Below are positions 50,382 through 61,496 of a stretch of DNA of 64,000 nt, in pieces. The stretch is from Laetmonice hystrix (taxonomy: Eukaryota): contig OZ249436.1 of the NCBI GenBank assembly GCA_965235115.1, forward strand, positions 25,670,001 to 25,734,000. Direction: 5' to 3'. The notes under the pieces were generated by a model that was not told where the DNA came from, did no database searches, and saw nothing but the letters and a program-made list of their open reading frames with translations. The number at the start of each line of letters is the position of its first letter. The stretch's first letter is position 1. A program made the translations under genes and the position numbers.

Positions 50382-53035
50382 AACCAGTCTGAAAAAGTCA
50401 GATAAAATAAATTCAATAATAAGCCTCTGGTAACTACAGCACCAGCGCTCTATATCAGCTCACAGGCTCCCCCGCAGGACCAGCCCGGCTACTAGTATAA
50501 CATGGTCTAAATGTAGTACCACTAAAATCTTAGACTGTCCCGCGGTCCAGTCTGGCTGCCCCGTCAATTATGGTGCTCTACATTGGTTGTCCCGCAGTTC
50601 AACCAAAGGCAGCTAAATTATCTTTAATCTACAATAAAAAAGGCTAAACCTCCTACAATGTAGATGGTTTGCCTGTAGAGCACCCGTTTTTATTTTTTAA
50701 AACCAAAAATGAAGAACTCACCTGTAAAAACACACGTAATCCAAATCACAAACCGCGCGAGCTGGTGTCCAGACGTGTGATCACTTCAAACGCTACACTC
50801 AAAACTGACGTGTCGAGCTACCGGCGCTCACCTTCTCATCTATTTCCGGAAACACGTAGTGTTGTCCTCGGGAAAATTAAAAATTATTGGTAAATTTATG
50901 AAAAGAATTATGCAAAGTGATCAATCGTGAATATTAGCACTTATCTAATGACCAAATACACGATTCCTAAATGCCTCAAGTGACATTAGCTTAACTGTTA
51001 ACAGTGCAGACCTATGCGGCTATGAATGGCCATAACCCAGTCAAGAATATGATCTCACAGTGATTTCATAACGATCTCACAGATGATATCACCGTATGAG
51101 ATGTTTCTCATATCGCTATGATATCAACTTGAAATCACATATTGATCTCACTGTGATCTCACCATCTGATCTCTCACTATGAGATCATTTTGACATCTCT
51201 CTGACATAACAGTACCAATATATTGGGCTTCGCTTAGAAGAATACGATCTCACAGCAATCTCATAGCGATCTAACCATGATCTCAATTTCTTCTCACACT
51301 GTGAGATCATTTTGACATCTCTCTGACATAACAGTACCAATATATTTTTGAAATGACGTTGTTGCACCACCTTCCTGGGTTCCCACAGGGACACTCTGGA
51401 AAAAATCCTGGCTTAGGCAGTTCTAACCATTGCGTCGGCATGCTATAGTATCTCCTGTGCCAGTTAAGCACTGACGCTTAACACCCATACCCCCCGTCCT
51501 CACTATTGATCTTTCCCGCCGGAAATTCAAATTGGTGTTTTTTAAAAACAAAATATCATCTCTACGTCCCTATATCATGTTCTTTTCACAATCAACGAAA
51601 AAATAAAGCGTAATTTACACAATGAATAGCTGTTTTTGGATAACGTGTGAATTATTTGAAGTCGCTAGAAGTTCACCTATAGACTGTGTTTCGGACAGTC
51701 TAGTCAATCTCGATGATAACAGCGCCACCACCTGAGATTTACATGATATCAAGGTGATGTCGGAATTTTATAACATGCTGACATCAGAAAGATCTCAATA
51801 TTTGTTCTCCCATAGTGATATCATTATGGGATTGCTGTGATCTCACCAGCTCACATGTATGTGATATCAGGGTGATGTCGGAATTATATCTAATTCTGAC
51901 CTCATGAGATCATACTGACATCATAATGATCTCAGGTCTGTGAGGTCACAGCTCTGATGTCAATATGAGCTCACCAACTGTGAGGAGAAAGTGACCTTAC
52001 TGTGATCTAAGCGTTCACTTCCTGACTGGGAAGGGTTTAACTCTAGGCCTATGGCAAATTGTCACTTTGTGTATTCTGAATACACAATCGCATTCCTCTA
52101 ACCCGACCATGACTGGGAGGGAGGGGGGAGTAGTCACAACCCACTGGGCGGACGGCCGCCCTTATCACCAGCACTTACGTAACCCTCTGCCGACCCTGAG
52201 CTTGCCGTCACAGCGGGCATTCTGTATATTCAGAGATGCCAACCATGAGTGTAAAAATATTGTCTTTATCCATTAAAACTTACAATTCTGGCCAGATTAC
52301 CTTTCCCAAAAAAGAACTAAACAATCAGTGGTATACTTGAATCTATAGACTTTGTAATTGTTGTATTTGTATGTGACTATCTTAAACACGTTTCAAGGTA
52401 GAGCCTGTCAAAGCCAGATTACAGATATTTCATCATAAATTAAAAATTATTGGTAAATTTATGAAAAGAATTATGCAAAGTGATCAGTCGTCAATAGCAG
52501 CACATATCTAATGACCAAATACACGATTTCTAAATGACTGAAGCAGTTTTCGAAAAAAATGTAAAAAGTGTCAAACTTCAAAGTCACGTGGTACAGCGAA
52601 AATAGGTCAAATGTCATATTCCATGCGCTTTCAAACAAAGCTCACTACAGAAGGCCTGTCCACCAAAAATTGTCATATTTTCTACAAAAATGGCAGAGGA
52701 GTAGGGATTTGACCACTTTCTGACATATGACCTACTTTTCCATGACCTCAAAGGTCAAAGGTCAAAATAATGGAAAGTAGTAAAAAGAGTATATGCCCGA
52801 TTATTCAGCTATGAAAAGTCTTGGGAAAGTATAGAATATGGCTTCAAGAAATGCCTATAAGTCTAAAATACAATTTACGTCATGACGTCATGATGTGACG
52901 TCATATGACGTAATGGTTATATGGGTCGATTCTCCCTACCATGGTGAATGTCCCTGCCAAGTTTCATTTGGATATCTTTATCAATGACTGAGCTGCATGC
53001 ACAAATGCAACTACTACAACTACTACTACTACTAC

Positions 53036-53536
53036 TGTTATGTTGTGAACATGGAAGGGAAGACAGACTTGTTGTGTGCTGAGGTTTTATTCGTCACGAT
53101 AGACAGTCGCGTCGTGCGTTCTCGTCTCTGTCTATCTCTCTCTCTCTTTCTATTACATTGTTGTACTATATATACTAAAATGCTTATCATTAGTCAGGTG
53201 ATTACAAATGGGTCCTCTCTGTAGTGGAGGAGGGTGCATGATACTTATTTGTTTGCATAAGGAAACGTATGTGGTCATGAAAGATTGGAGCTGACATGGT
53301 GTGCTTACATTACTGCGGGAGGTGTTCTATCTTTCCTTAGATGTAATGATTATGCTTCATTACACAAGAGCTCGATTACATGACAGTGGTATGTGTGTTT
53401 GGACTTGTTCCTTTGATAGTGTGGTTATCTCTAACCATGACTGAGAACAAAGGTCTGATAACAGTGTCCAGGCATGTCCATGTTATCTGGTTGGTAAGTA
53501 TAGTCTGTTGTGTAAAGTTCAGATAAATATACCACA
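53036..53536 (-). repeat. 3' LTR (501 bp)
   Basis: tgttatgttg...tataccaca, with no difference from 62804-63304 seen by eye. Confidence 0.97.
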
Positions 53537-54753
53537 TGCTCTTGGTTTCAAGAAAAATTTATGATAGTGAATTATTTCCTAAAAGGAATTTGTGAACTCT
53601 TAAATTTTTATCATCAGTCCATCGGTTGAATAAATATACCACATGCTCTTGGTTTAGCATTATGATCGTAAATATAATTGAGCATAAATCCGAACTCTAA
53701 TTGATAAAGTCACTTAAAATGTGATTGCGATAATTGGCAAAACGTCTGCTGGCAAGAGTCACTCAAGGTTTGGAGTTTATGAGTCACTTATAGTTCGGGT
53801 TTGAGGTCCACCGTTTTACATCACTCTGTCATCCATCTATGGACGATCCCTGGTGACTGGACTTGATCGTGAAACAGTCTCTGAGAGTGGTCGTTATTAT
53901 CGAGAAGTGTTACTTGCGACCTCTACCACGGGATGACTTTTCATCCATTCGCACTGATTATTTTGGTGCATCTTAATAAAATGTTGACTGCGATGTCCGC
54001 AAAGTAAAGACGTTTCACACACTTGCAGCACCCTCTTTATCGTTGATGGCACGTTTGGAGGGTGTTATTAACCTCGGTACTTGCTGTAGTTTTACGGCTT
54101 GCGTTGCTGCGCCCTCAACTGTGGCCTTCTTGGTCGGTGTTTCTGGTAGGTGCGTTTGGTGTTTCCGACATACACCAAGGGATGCATCTGGGGATGGCGT
54201 TTGGTGTATGTTTATGCTGATGGACTTGGCCTTCGTTGCTGTCTGTCGTTAGCCAGGAAGTCCATCAGGTTGCGCTTGATCTTCGATGATGGTTTTTGTT
54301 TCCACCGTTGCGTTCGTTACAGCGTTACAAACTTCTTGTGGGTTTGCGCTGAACTGCTGCTTTGGTGAGCGGTTCTGCGGTGTCATTCTCAGCTTGTTTA
54401 ATTTTCATTTCTGTCTTCTCCTTCCGGCTTCAGGATCTTTTGTTCAGTGACTGTCTTCTGCTTCTGTTTTTCGCTTGTCTCTGCATTTAGACTCAGACCA
54501 CAAAGCATTGATACATGCAAACAATATGAACACCAGATGGCTGAGAGCGGTCATGCCTGCAGAAACAACTTAACTGTGTGGAACATTTAGAGGTTATATA
54601 TATATATATATATATATATGTATCTATAATTACCTTAAAATTTGCTAAGTATAGTTCTATCTACGGTGTTGCTCGGCTCACAAACAGTTTTGAATCTACG
54701 AACTAGGGTACTCCTGCATTTTTAGTTTTACTTTGCCATACTTTATATGTTGC

Positions 54754-55587
54754 CTAATAAATATCCTGCCTTTCCATTGCAGTGTGGCAACTCTCACTTC
54801 CTGAATCTTCTATCGGACTGCTGGGTCCACTTAGTGCTATCTGGATTGTCTCCCCTGTGTTCTGTTTGGGTTTGAATCTCTGAGTTCGGGGAACCGGTTG
54901 GAAAATCCCGCTGGTATCGGTAAATTCCGAGTGACTCGAGACTTCGACCCAGTTCTCCCCTGATACTAGAATGACTTTCACCACTTTCGTTCGTCGGATC
55001 AATCTTTTGAACTTCCCGTACGAGCATAGTGGCAGTCTGACATAACTAGGAAACGTAAGTCTCCCTATTTCGTCTGCTGATATCGTGATCGGGGTCCAAT
55101 CGACCTTCACACATGGGGTCACGATTCGTCTTTTGAAGCTTACTGAGCGTATTTCAGTGATTTTCTCTGTTTTGATACTATTTAATGCTGCTGGAATAAT
55201 TGTGACTCTGATGTGGGCATACTCATGTACTCCGTAAAGGCACAGGTATACCTCTGTTTTCAGTTGCTCCAGTACGGCTTGTGCGCGTGTGGCACATTTG
55301 TCTAATTGCCTGCATTGAGTAACCCACTGCTGAATGATGGAATATGACGCGAGCATTAATGATAGTATGATTAGTACAGTTCTCCACAGGTCCGTTGTCT
55401 GGGACACGACCGTTGTGGTGGTTGGTATTTGGGTTGCCGGGAGTGTGACCTCCAGTGCCTTGACTTTGTTCAGCATCAATAAGACATATGCAACATTTCT
55501 TTGTACTGCGTTAAGTTTTACCGCTAGTGTTATTATTATACCTATTTCGATTATGTTGATACAGATCGTGGTGGTCAAATACGCCAT
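54754..55587 (-). CDS. env-like membrane protein ORF3 (frame open upstream to 55770)
   Basis: Lies after pol. Hydrophobic segments TICINIIEIGIIITLAV, VAYVLLML and VLIILSLMLASYSII, plus a Thr-rich linker. The in-frame upstream extension carries NFT/NLS/NHS sequons. Confidence 0.55.
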   Translation of the reverse strand: MAYLTTTICINIIEIGIIITLAVKLNAVQRNVAYVLLMLNKVKALEVTLPATQIPTTTTVVSQTTDLWRTVLIILSLMLASYSIIQQWVTQCRQLDKCATRAQAVLEQLKTEVYLCLYGVHEYAHIRVTIIPAALNSIKTEKITEIRSVSFKRRIVTPCVKVDWTPITISADEIGRLTFPSYVRLPLCSYGKFKRLIRRTKVVKVILVSGENWVEVSSHSEFTDTSGIFQPVPRTQRFKPKQNTGETIQIALSGPSSPIEDSGSESCHTAMERQDIY

Positions 55588-55770
55588 CGAGTGGTCGTCC
55601 CGGGTTGTTAACCACGGAATGGAATACCAGTTTTCCTCAGTTGTCGGTGGCCCCTGAAGCGAATGGTTCAGTGCCTGCTCAATGTCATTAATTTCGTAGG
55701 CTTGAGCATTCTCAATCTTGGTATATTTTGATAGGTTTCGTGTGACCCTTGTGAAGTTTGGGAATTCTGT

Positions 55771-56550
55771 TTATTGTGCCTGGTCGATGGTGTTTGACGT
55801 CCTTCCCCTTTGTTTCGTTGTCGATACAAGCGTGGTTGTCTACTTCTATAGTATGTACACTAAACTAACTGATAAATTGTTCTGCACATGACATATACTA
55901 TCATTTAGTTGGGTAATCAACCATCAGGGTGTTACCTGACGCTACTTAACGTCCATTGTGCGTCTGTGGCATAGGTGTGCGCCATCGGACATGTGATGTC
56001 GATAACGCTGGCGGCTTTAAGTGTTGCCGATATGGCAACGTTTTGGCAGTGTGTGTCCTGCGTATTCGTGCGTTTTATCTCGGATATGGTTACCTCATAC
56101 CCACGATGCGAATCTCTGTAAATATGACTCGGTTCAACATGAAAAGCATTAGCCAGCTTTGTTACATTGCATTGTGCAGCGATTCTCGATAGTTTGATAA
56201 CCCTGGGGTGCACTGAAGTGTTGTTCAGTGAGGCACAATAGTCTTACCCACTTGATGGTTATACATAATAATGAAGTTACGCACAATCCCACAGCAACTG
56301 AGACTTATCATTTTGAAGTCTAGACGGGTTGATAGCTGCTGTGTAATTAAGCGTGTGTACGCCAAATGTGCTCCCACCACGGAGCGCGAGTGATCGAAGT
56401 AATGAGTTTGAGAATCGTGCATAGGTATTCTTGAGATGACGTCGTGAAACTGATATCACGTTAACTGTGTTATTGTCATCCCGGCCTAGTAGTGGCTGGC
56501 TGCGTTAGTGGTTGTGGTACCTACTACGCAATACATGTGTTATCATCATT
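55771..56550 (-). pseudogene. Possible disrupted ectodomain of the env-like gene
   Basis: Short Cys- and sequon-containing ORF fragments in different frames (55932-56213, 56225-56422, 56277-56459) between the pol stop and ORF3. Confidence 0.35.
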
Positions 56551-56609
56551 AAACTAACTCCGCATATGCATTAGCTACTTTATATCCTAGAAACATTTAT
56601 ACATAACGC

Positions 56610-59600
56610 CTAAAATGCGTAAAACCGATGAGCAAACCTTTTCCTAGATCCGGTTATCCTCAGATCTGGGTCGTTATCCAACGCTTTTGCCCATGGCAGT
56701 ACATAAGGATGGTCCGCTGTGCGCATCCAAAAGTTGTGATATTCCTCACTTGGCGACCTCAACAGTAGTTGTAGGGCTCCGTCTTTATACCTTGCTTTCT
56801 TGATCTCCAGTTCCATAGATTCCTTTGATATTTGTTCTGTCATTCTGAAAATCGTTGCCTTCGTCCTGTCCTTAAGTTTGGTAGGTGCTGCCAATCTGCC
56901 ATTGGCTTCTGCGTGTTGTACCTGTAAGTTGATGTTCACTGGCTCCCCTTGAATTGTAAAGTTTAAGGCGTTTTGTGGCATGTTGGTGACCTTTTCCCCT
57001 TGCTCGTTAGTTACCTGTATGGTGGGTTTCTTTAGAATGGGTTTCAATTCGTTGACATGGTTGACTGTTCCAGTTTCTGTTCTGATCCACGCGACTTTCA
57101 GTCTGGCCACATGAAATACTCCATTTATCTGTTGGCCCTCGAGTGTTTGCAGAATAGCGTGGTTGCGGTCAAGCATGGATTTGATTGATAGTGGTCCAAT
57201 GAAATCCATTCGGATTTTCTTAGAGTTTGTCTGTAAGGCGCTATGCGACGGTGACAGCAGATAGATAAGCATACCTTCTGTGAAGATTGGTGGGTTTTTC
57301 ACTTTCTTCAATTGCGTTTGCGCTTGTTTTGTTTGGTTCCTGGCATGTAAGTCCAAAACTGTCTTTGAAACCTTCTGCAGTCTCTCCTTCATTGACTCCA
57401 CATAGTCTACGTAATTTCTGCTGATCGCATCTGCTGGTCCGCATTCGAACGCAGATGGTGGGTTCCTTAGATAAACCAAGTAATAGGGACTGTATCCACT
57501 TAATGATGGGCTGGCGAAAGAGTTCATAGCAAATGCTACGGCATTGCAGAACAAGTGCCAGTTCTTCCCGTTTCCAGTAAGACAGGAGGTCAAGAAGCTT
57601 GATACTGTTCCCACATAACGTTCAGACTTGTTTGACTTGTGGTTTCCCACAGACACAAATCTTTGGTCAACCTTTAGAGCGTTGAACACGTATGCGATGA
57701 CTTGGTTGTTGAACTCTCTTCCCTCGTCGCAAATGAACCTCTTGAACGGCCCATGTATAAGAATGCATTTTTGTAGGATCGCTTCAGCGACTGATGGCGC
57801 GTCCTTGCTTTGTAGTGGTACTAGAATTGTATATCGGGTGACCGCGCATACTAGGACTAATATGTAGCGGTGTCTGCTATGTGATTCCGGCATTACTTTC
57901 AGGTCACAGTAAACTGTTTCCATTGGTGCGTATTCCGTTGGGATGTTCACCTCGAACGGTCTGTCGGCGTTTATGGGGTGTTTTCTTGTTTGACAGGTGT
58001 GACAAGCTTTGACGTAGTCAGTGATTCTTTGATACAGCAATGGGAAGTAGTACTTTTTCTTGATGGTCAGTGCTACTCGGTTGATACCTTGATGGCACGC
58101 TAGCAGTGAGTCATGGTGCATTGAGATGATCTCGCTCACCATTGATCTTGGAACAGCTAGATTTACTCTGATTTCTTCTGTGTTCGGTTTCTGCGTGAAT
58201 CTGAACAAGACTCTATCTATTAACACATAGTTTTCTGCTTCTAGTAGCACTTTCTTTGCTGCTTTCTTCGTGTTTGGTAATAGGCCCTCATCTAGGTATA
58301 AGTGAATGTCTTTAAAGTCTGGACAGCTTGCCTGTTCCTTTGCAATCTCCCTTTTGGTTTGTGGCAGATGATAGTCTCTTAATACCTTTTGTTTGATTCT
58401 CTTTAGTAGTTGGTTTATACTTGCTTGTTTTGGGGTCCGGCCAATCTTGATGTTTTGATCCGAAAGATTAGAAATGAGCTGAGTTGGCTGGCGGTAGAAA
58501 TGGTCTGGTGGTGACGTATGGGTTTCGAAGATTTCTGTCTCACTTGTTTCAGGTGTTTGTGCTTCAATCGGGATGTGTTTTAATGGTGTTTGTGTGTCTA
58601 CTAGTCGGTGTGTTTGAGCTTGCTCTCTTGTGTTGTATCTTGGGAATAACAGAGTCATATCGTTATTTACTATTGGCTCTTGTTGTTGCGTAACACGTTC
58701 GGTTGTAGCTTTGTTTGCCGTTGGTGTTGGGGTGTTATTTCTCACGCTTTTCCTGGCTTTATTTTCGGGTGATATGTCTGCTGGAGGTATTGGTGGCATA
58801 GCGATGTTGTTTCTTCGCGCCATGGACCTCGTGATTGGGAATGCAATCGTGTCTTCCTGGTTTGTGTCGTCTACTGGCGGTGGGTTTCGCGACAAGTAGT
58901 CTGCGATAACTAGACTCGATCCCTTTTTGTAACCCACTTTTATGCAGTATCCACTCAACTTCTCAAGCAGCCTTTTTATCCTGTCCGACGTGGGCTCTGC
59001 CTTGGATTTCATTATCCTTGGGATGGCGGCGTGATCTGTGTAACACTCAAAATGAGTGCCTTTTACCAGGTGTCTGAATGCTGTTACTGCTATCGTAAGA
59101 CCTGTTAGCTCTAATTCTGTGATTCCATAGTTCGATGCAGCTTTAGGAAGAGCTTTAGAGTAGTAGGCTATAAGCCTTTCTGATCCGCCCTGGACTTGCC
59201 ACAGGCTCGCTCCTACTCCGATTTTTGAAGTGTCAGTGTACAGTCTGAAGAGTCCCTGGCTGCGTGGCATGGTGAGAATGGGTGATTCTTGTAAGAGTTT
59301 TATAATCTTGTCGTAGTTATCCTGTGCTATTTGGTCCCATACAAAGTCGGCCTTCTTTGTTGCAATGGAGTGCAGCGGTTGAAGTAGAATTTGGAGATGA
59401 GGCAAGTACATGCTGAGATACGATACTTTGCCTATGAATCCCTTCAACTTCCGTTTTGTTGTTGGAATCGGCAACTTCTGTATTGCTTCCGTTCTCTCCA
59501 TGAGAGCTCGGATACATGGTTGTTTGTTATGTATGATAATCTCATGGCCCATGTATGTGACTCGTTCTCTAAACAACTTGGCTTTTGCAGGTGAAATTTT

Positions 59601-61379
59601 GAGTCCGTATTTCTGTAGAACTGCAAGGATCGTTTCAACGTGTTGGTAGTGATCTTTGGTCCCTTTTGAGTAGATTATCAAATCATCCATGATTCCTATG
59701 CAAAACTGGTTGCCCTCTTGAATTTCGTCTAAGATTCGGTTGATTCTGGTTTGGAACTCTGCTGGACTTATGTTAAGGCCCATTGGTAGTTTCTTGTAGA
59801 AGTATGTTTTTCCACCAAAGTATGAAGCAATTCCTGTGTATTGGCGGCATCTTTCTGATAGATTCAAACAATGATAGGCTTCTTTAAGATCTAGTACTGA
59901 CAGTATTTGAGCTTGGGAGTGTCCTATTATCTGTAGCGTGTCTTTGATAAGAGGAAATGGCAGATTCCTCTTCACGATACGCTGGTTGAGATGTCGGAAA
60001 TCGGTGACTAGTCGGTATGTCTTTGTGTCTTTCTTCCTGAGAAGCATAACTGGACTCGAGTACTGGGAGTGTCCTTCCTGCAGAATTCCCATCTTGACTA
60101 GTTTGTTAAGTTCTTTGTCAATGATTGGTTTTTCCGTCGCCGGAACGGTAAATGGCCTGATGTAGAACGGTTTTGTGTCGTTTAACTGAAAGTCGACTGT
60201 CATGTCGGTTTGGCCTACCTCTGAGTGTAAACTAAGCGCGTTTTTGTATTTATTTAACATTGTTCTGACTTTCATTTTTCCCTCCATGTCAAGTACACAG
60301 TGCTCAAATTTAATGTCTCTGTTTATAATTTCTTCGTCAAACATTTTAAGTCGGTCGTCTGTGTCTTCTAGAAAAGGGTATTTCTGTTTCTTATATTCGT
60401 ACAGAGTGTCTCGCTCTAGTGGTTCTCCGTCTTGTCCGGTCTTATCTTTTATCGGTTCTGGTGTTGGTCTCTCCGAGCGCGCAGTGCATGCATAGTAGTG
60501 TACAGTGGTGCTTGCTGATGTTATCTCAGCGTGTGATACTGCCGTATACATGTTGGTCATTGCTCTTGGTTCCACAGTTGCCACGGGTTTATCTCGTCTA
60601 ATCTTGATTGGCGTGTTTGATGGATTCCGTACGACAATTGCGGCTGTTGAATTTCTGAACTGTACCAACATTAGCTTGGATGATAGGTTTTCGAGGAATT
60701 TTGTGGCTTTGATAAGAATGTTGGAATTCCTTAAAAAGTGTGGTAGTTTCCCCTGTATCGTGATGCTCCTTGTCTGATGGGGTTGTAGGATGGTATCACA
60801 AGATGGTTTTAGGAGAATGGAACTCGATTTAAATTTCAGTCTGTGTGTCCTGAACTCAAGTTTGGCGTCGATTTCTCCCATCGACGGGCTTCCTAATACC
60901 ATTGATATTCCCCCTAGGGTATTGACAACTAGTGCGGTCACTAGAAACTTGTGGTCTTGTATGTTAATAGTTACGTCAATAGCATGGTCCGTTGTTAGAT
61001 ATTCTCCGTTCCCTACCTTGAATCTCATCTGTTTGCATTGGCGTTTTGGTAGTTCTGACAAGTATCTCGACTCATTTATGGTATTAGCACAGATTAATGT
61101 GTGTGATGCTCCTGAATCAAAAAGTATTGTGATGGTTTCGCGATTCGGTAGTTTTGCTGATGTCATGTTTCTGGGATTAAGTTCGAGGCATATTGTTTCA
61201 TTGTTGTTCTGGTTTTGTGCGCTGTTAACATGTACTAATGATGCGTCTTCATTGGGATCAAATGTAGTCGACTGTTCGTGAACTTTAAGTACCGTCGTGG
61301 TTTCGTCGTCGGTTAACGTGTTGGTTCTAACCTCTAAACTATGTGCGTTATCCGTTTCTGAATTTGAGTTGGTTGGCAA
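56610..61379 (-). CDS. pol: Gypsy pol polyprotein (protease, RT, RNase H, integrase); frame open up to the slippery site at ~61490
   Basis: LFDSGAS (PR); DFRHLN, LDLKEAY, LPMGL, IMDD (RT); YTDTS, TDH, ADYLSR (RH); H..H..CHTC, CDL, CDEGREF, SERY (IN). Confidence 0.97.
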   Translation of the reverse strand: MPTNSNSETDNAHSLEVRTNTLTDDETTTVLKVHEQSTTFDPNEDASLVHVNSAQNQNNNETICLELNPRNMTSAKLPNRETITILFDSGASHTLICANTINESRYLSELPKRQCKQMRFKVGNGEYLTTDHAIDVTINIQDHKFLVTALVVNTLGGISMVLGSPSMGEIDAKLEFRTHRLKFKSSSILLKPSCDTILQPHQTRSITIQGKLPHFLRNSNILIKATKFLENLSSKLMLVQFRNSTAAIVVRNPSNTPIKIRRDKPVATVEPRAMTNMYTAVSHAEITSASTTVHYYACTARSERPTPEPIKDKTGQDGEPLERDTLYEYKKQKYPFLEDTDDRLKMFDEEIINRDIKFEHCVLDMEGKMKVRTMLNKYKNALSLHSEVGQTDMTVDFQLNDTKPFYIRPFTVPATEKPIIDKELNKLVKMGILQEGHSQYSSPVMLLRKKDTKTYRLVTDFRHLNQRIVKRNLPFPLIKDTLQIIGHSQAQILSVLDLKEAYHCLNLSERCRQYTGIASYFGGKTYFYKKLPMGLNISPAEFQTRINRILDEIQEGNQFCIGIMDDLIIYSKGTKDHYQHVETILAVLQKYGLKISPAKAKLFRERVTYMGHEIIIHNKQPCIRALMERTEAIQKLPIPTTKRKLKGFIGKVSYLSMYLPHLQILLQPLHSIATKKADFVWDQIAQDNYDKIIKLLQESPILTMPRSQGLFRLYTDTSKIGVGASLWQVQGGSERLIAYYSKALPKAASNYGITELELTGLTIAVTAFRHLVKGTHFECYTDHAAIPRIMKSKAEPTSDRIKRLLEKLSGYCIKVGYKKGSSLVIADYLSRNPPPVDDTNQEDTIAFPITRSMARRNNIAMPPIPPADISPENKARKSVRNNTPTPTANKATTERVTQQQEPIVNNDMTLLFPRYNTREQAQTHRLVDTQTPLKHIPIEAQTPETSETEIFETHTSPPDHFYRQPTQLISNLSDQNIKIGRTPKQASINQLLKRIKQKVLRDYHLPQTKREIAKEQASCPDFKDIHLYLDEGLLPNTKKAAKKVLLEAENYVLIDRVLFRFTQKPNTEEIRVNLAVPRSMVSEIISMHHDSLLACHQGINRVALTIKKKYYFPLLYQRITDYVKACHTCQTRKHPINADRPFEVNIPTEYAPMETVYCDLKVMPESHSRHRYILVLVCAVTRYTILVPLQSKDAPSVAEAILQKCILIHGPFKRFICDEGREFNNQVIAYVFNALKVDQRFVSVGNHKSNKSERYVGTVSSFLTSCLTGNGKNWHLFCNAVAFAMNSFASPSLSGYSPYYLVYLRNPPSAFECGPADAISRNYVDYVESMKERLQKVSKTVLDLHARNQTKQAQTQLKKVKNPPIFTEGMLIYLLSPSHSALQTNSKKIRMDFIGPLSIKSMLDRNHAILQTLEGQQINGVFHVARLKVAWIRTETGTVNHVNELKPILKKPTIQVTNEQGEKVTNMPQNALNFTIQGEPVNINLQVQHAEANGRLAAPTKLKDRTKATIFRMTEQISKESMELEIKKARYKDGALQLLLRSPSEEYHNFWMRTADHPYVLPWAKALDNDPDLRITGSRKRFAHRFYAF

Positions 61380-61448
61380 TCTAGTGGGTGTGGTTTTTTG
61401 TAATGGATGTGGTGAATTATGTGTTGTGGTGGATTTGATTGTGTCTTT

Positions 61449-61496
61449 GGAAACAGACAGACTGGCGTCCTCTGGCTGTCTCCCCTCTAAAAATCC
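61449..61496 (-). promoter_or_regulatory. Predicted -1 ribosomal frameshift signal G_GAT_TTT plus downstream stem-loop
   Basis: The heptamer at 61496-61490 sits immediately before the gag TAG. Pol is in the -1 frame and stop-free from there. GGAGACAG can pair with CTGTTTCC downstream. Confidence 0.75.

Larger units (their letters stand above)
45745..50877 (-). mobile_element. Full-length DIRS1-type tyrosine-recombinase retrotransposon
   Basis: Gag, RT/RH/MTase and YR ORFs. ITRs at 45804-45870 and 50805-50871. An internal complementary region at 46003-46136. The AAAT core is present at both ends, and the empty site catcatAAATtaaaaattattgg is at ~52431. Confidence 0.95.

Noticed and set aside
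53900..54560. Additional accessory gene in the Gypsy 3' region
   Set aside because: The sense strand looks coding-like in composition, but the frames I read are short and stop-interrupted. Not supportable without splice data.
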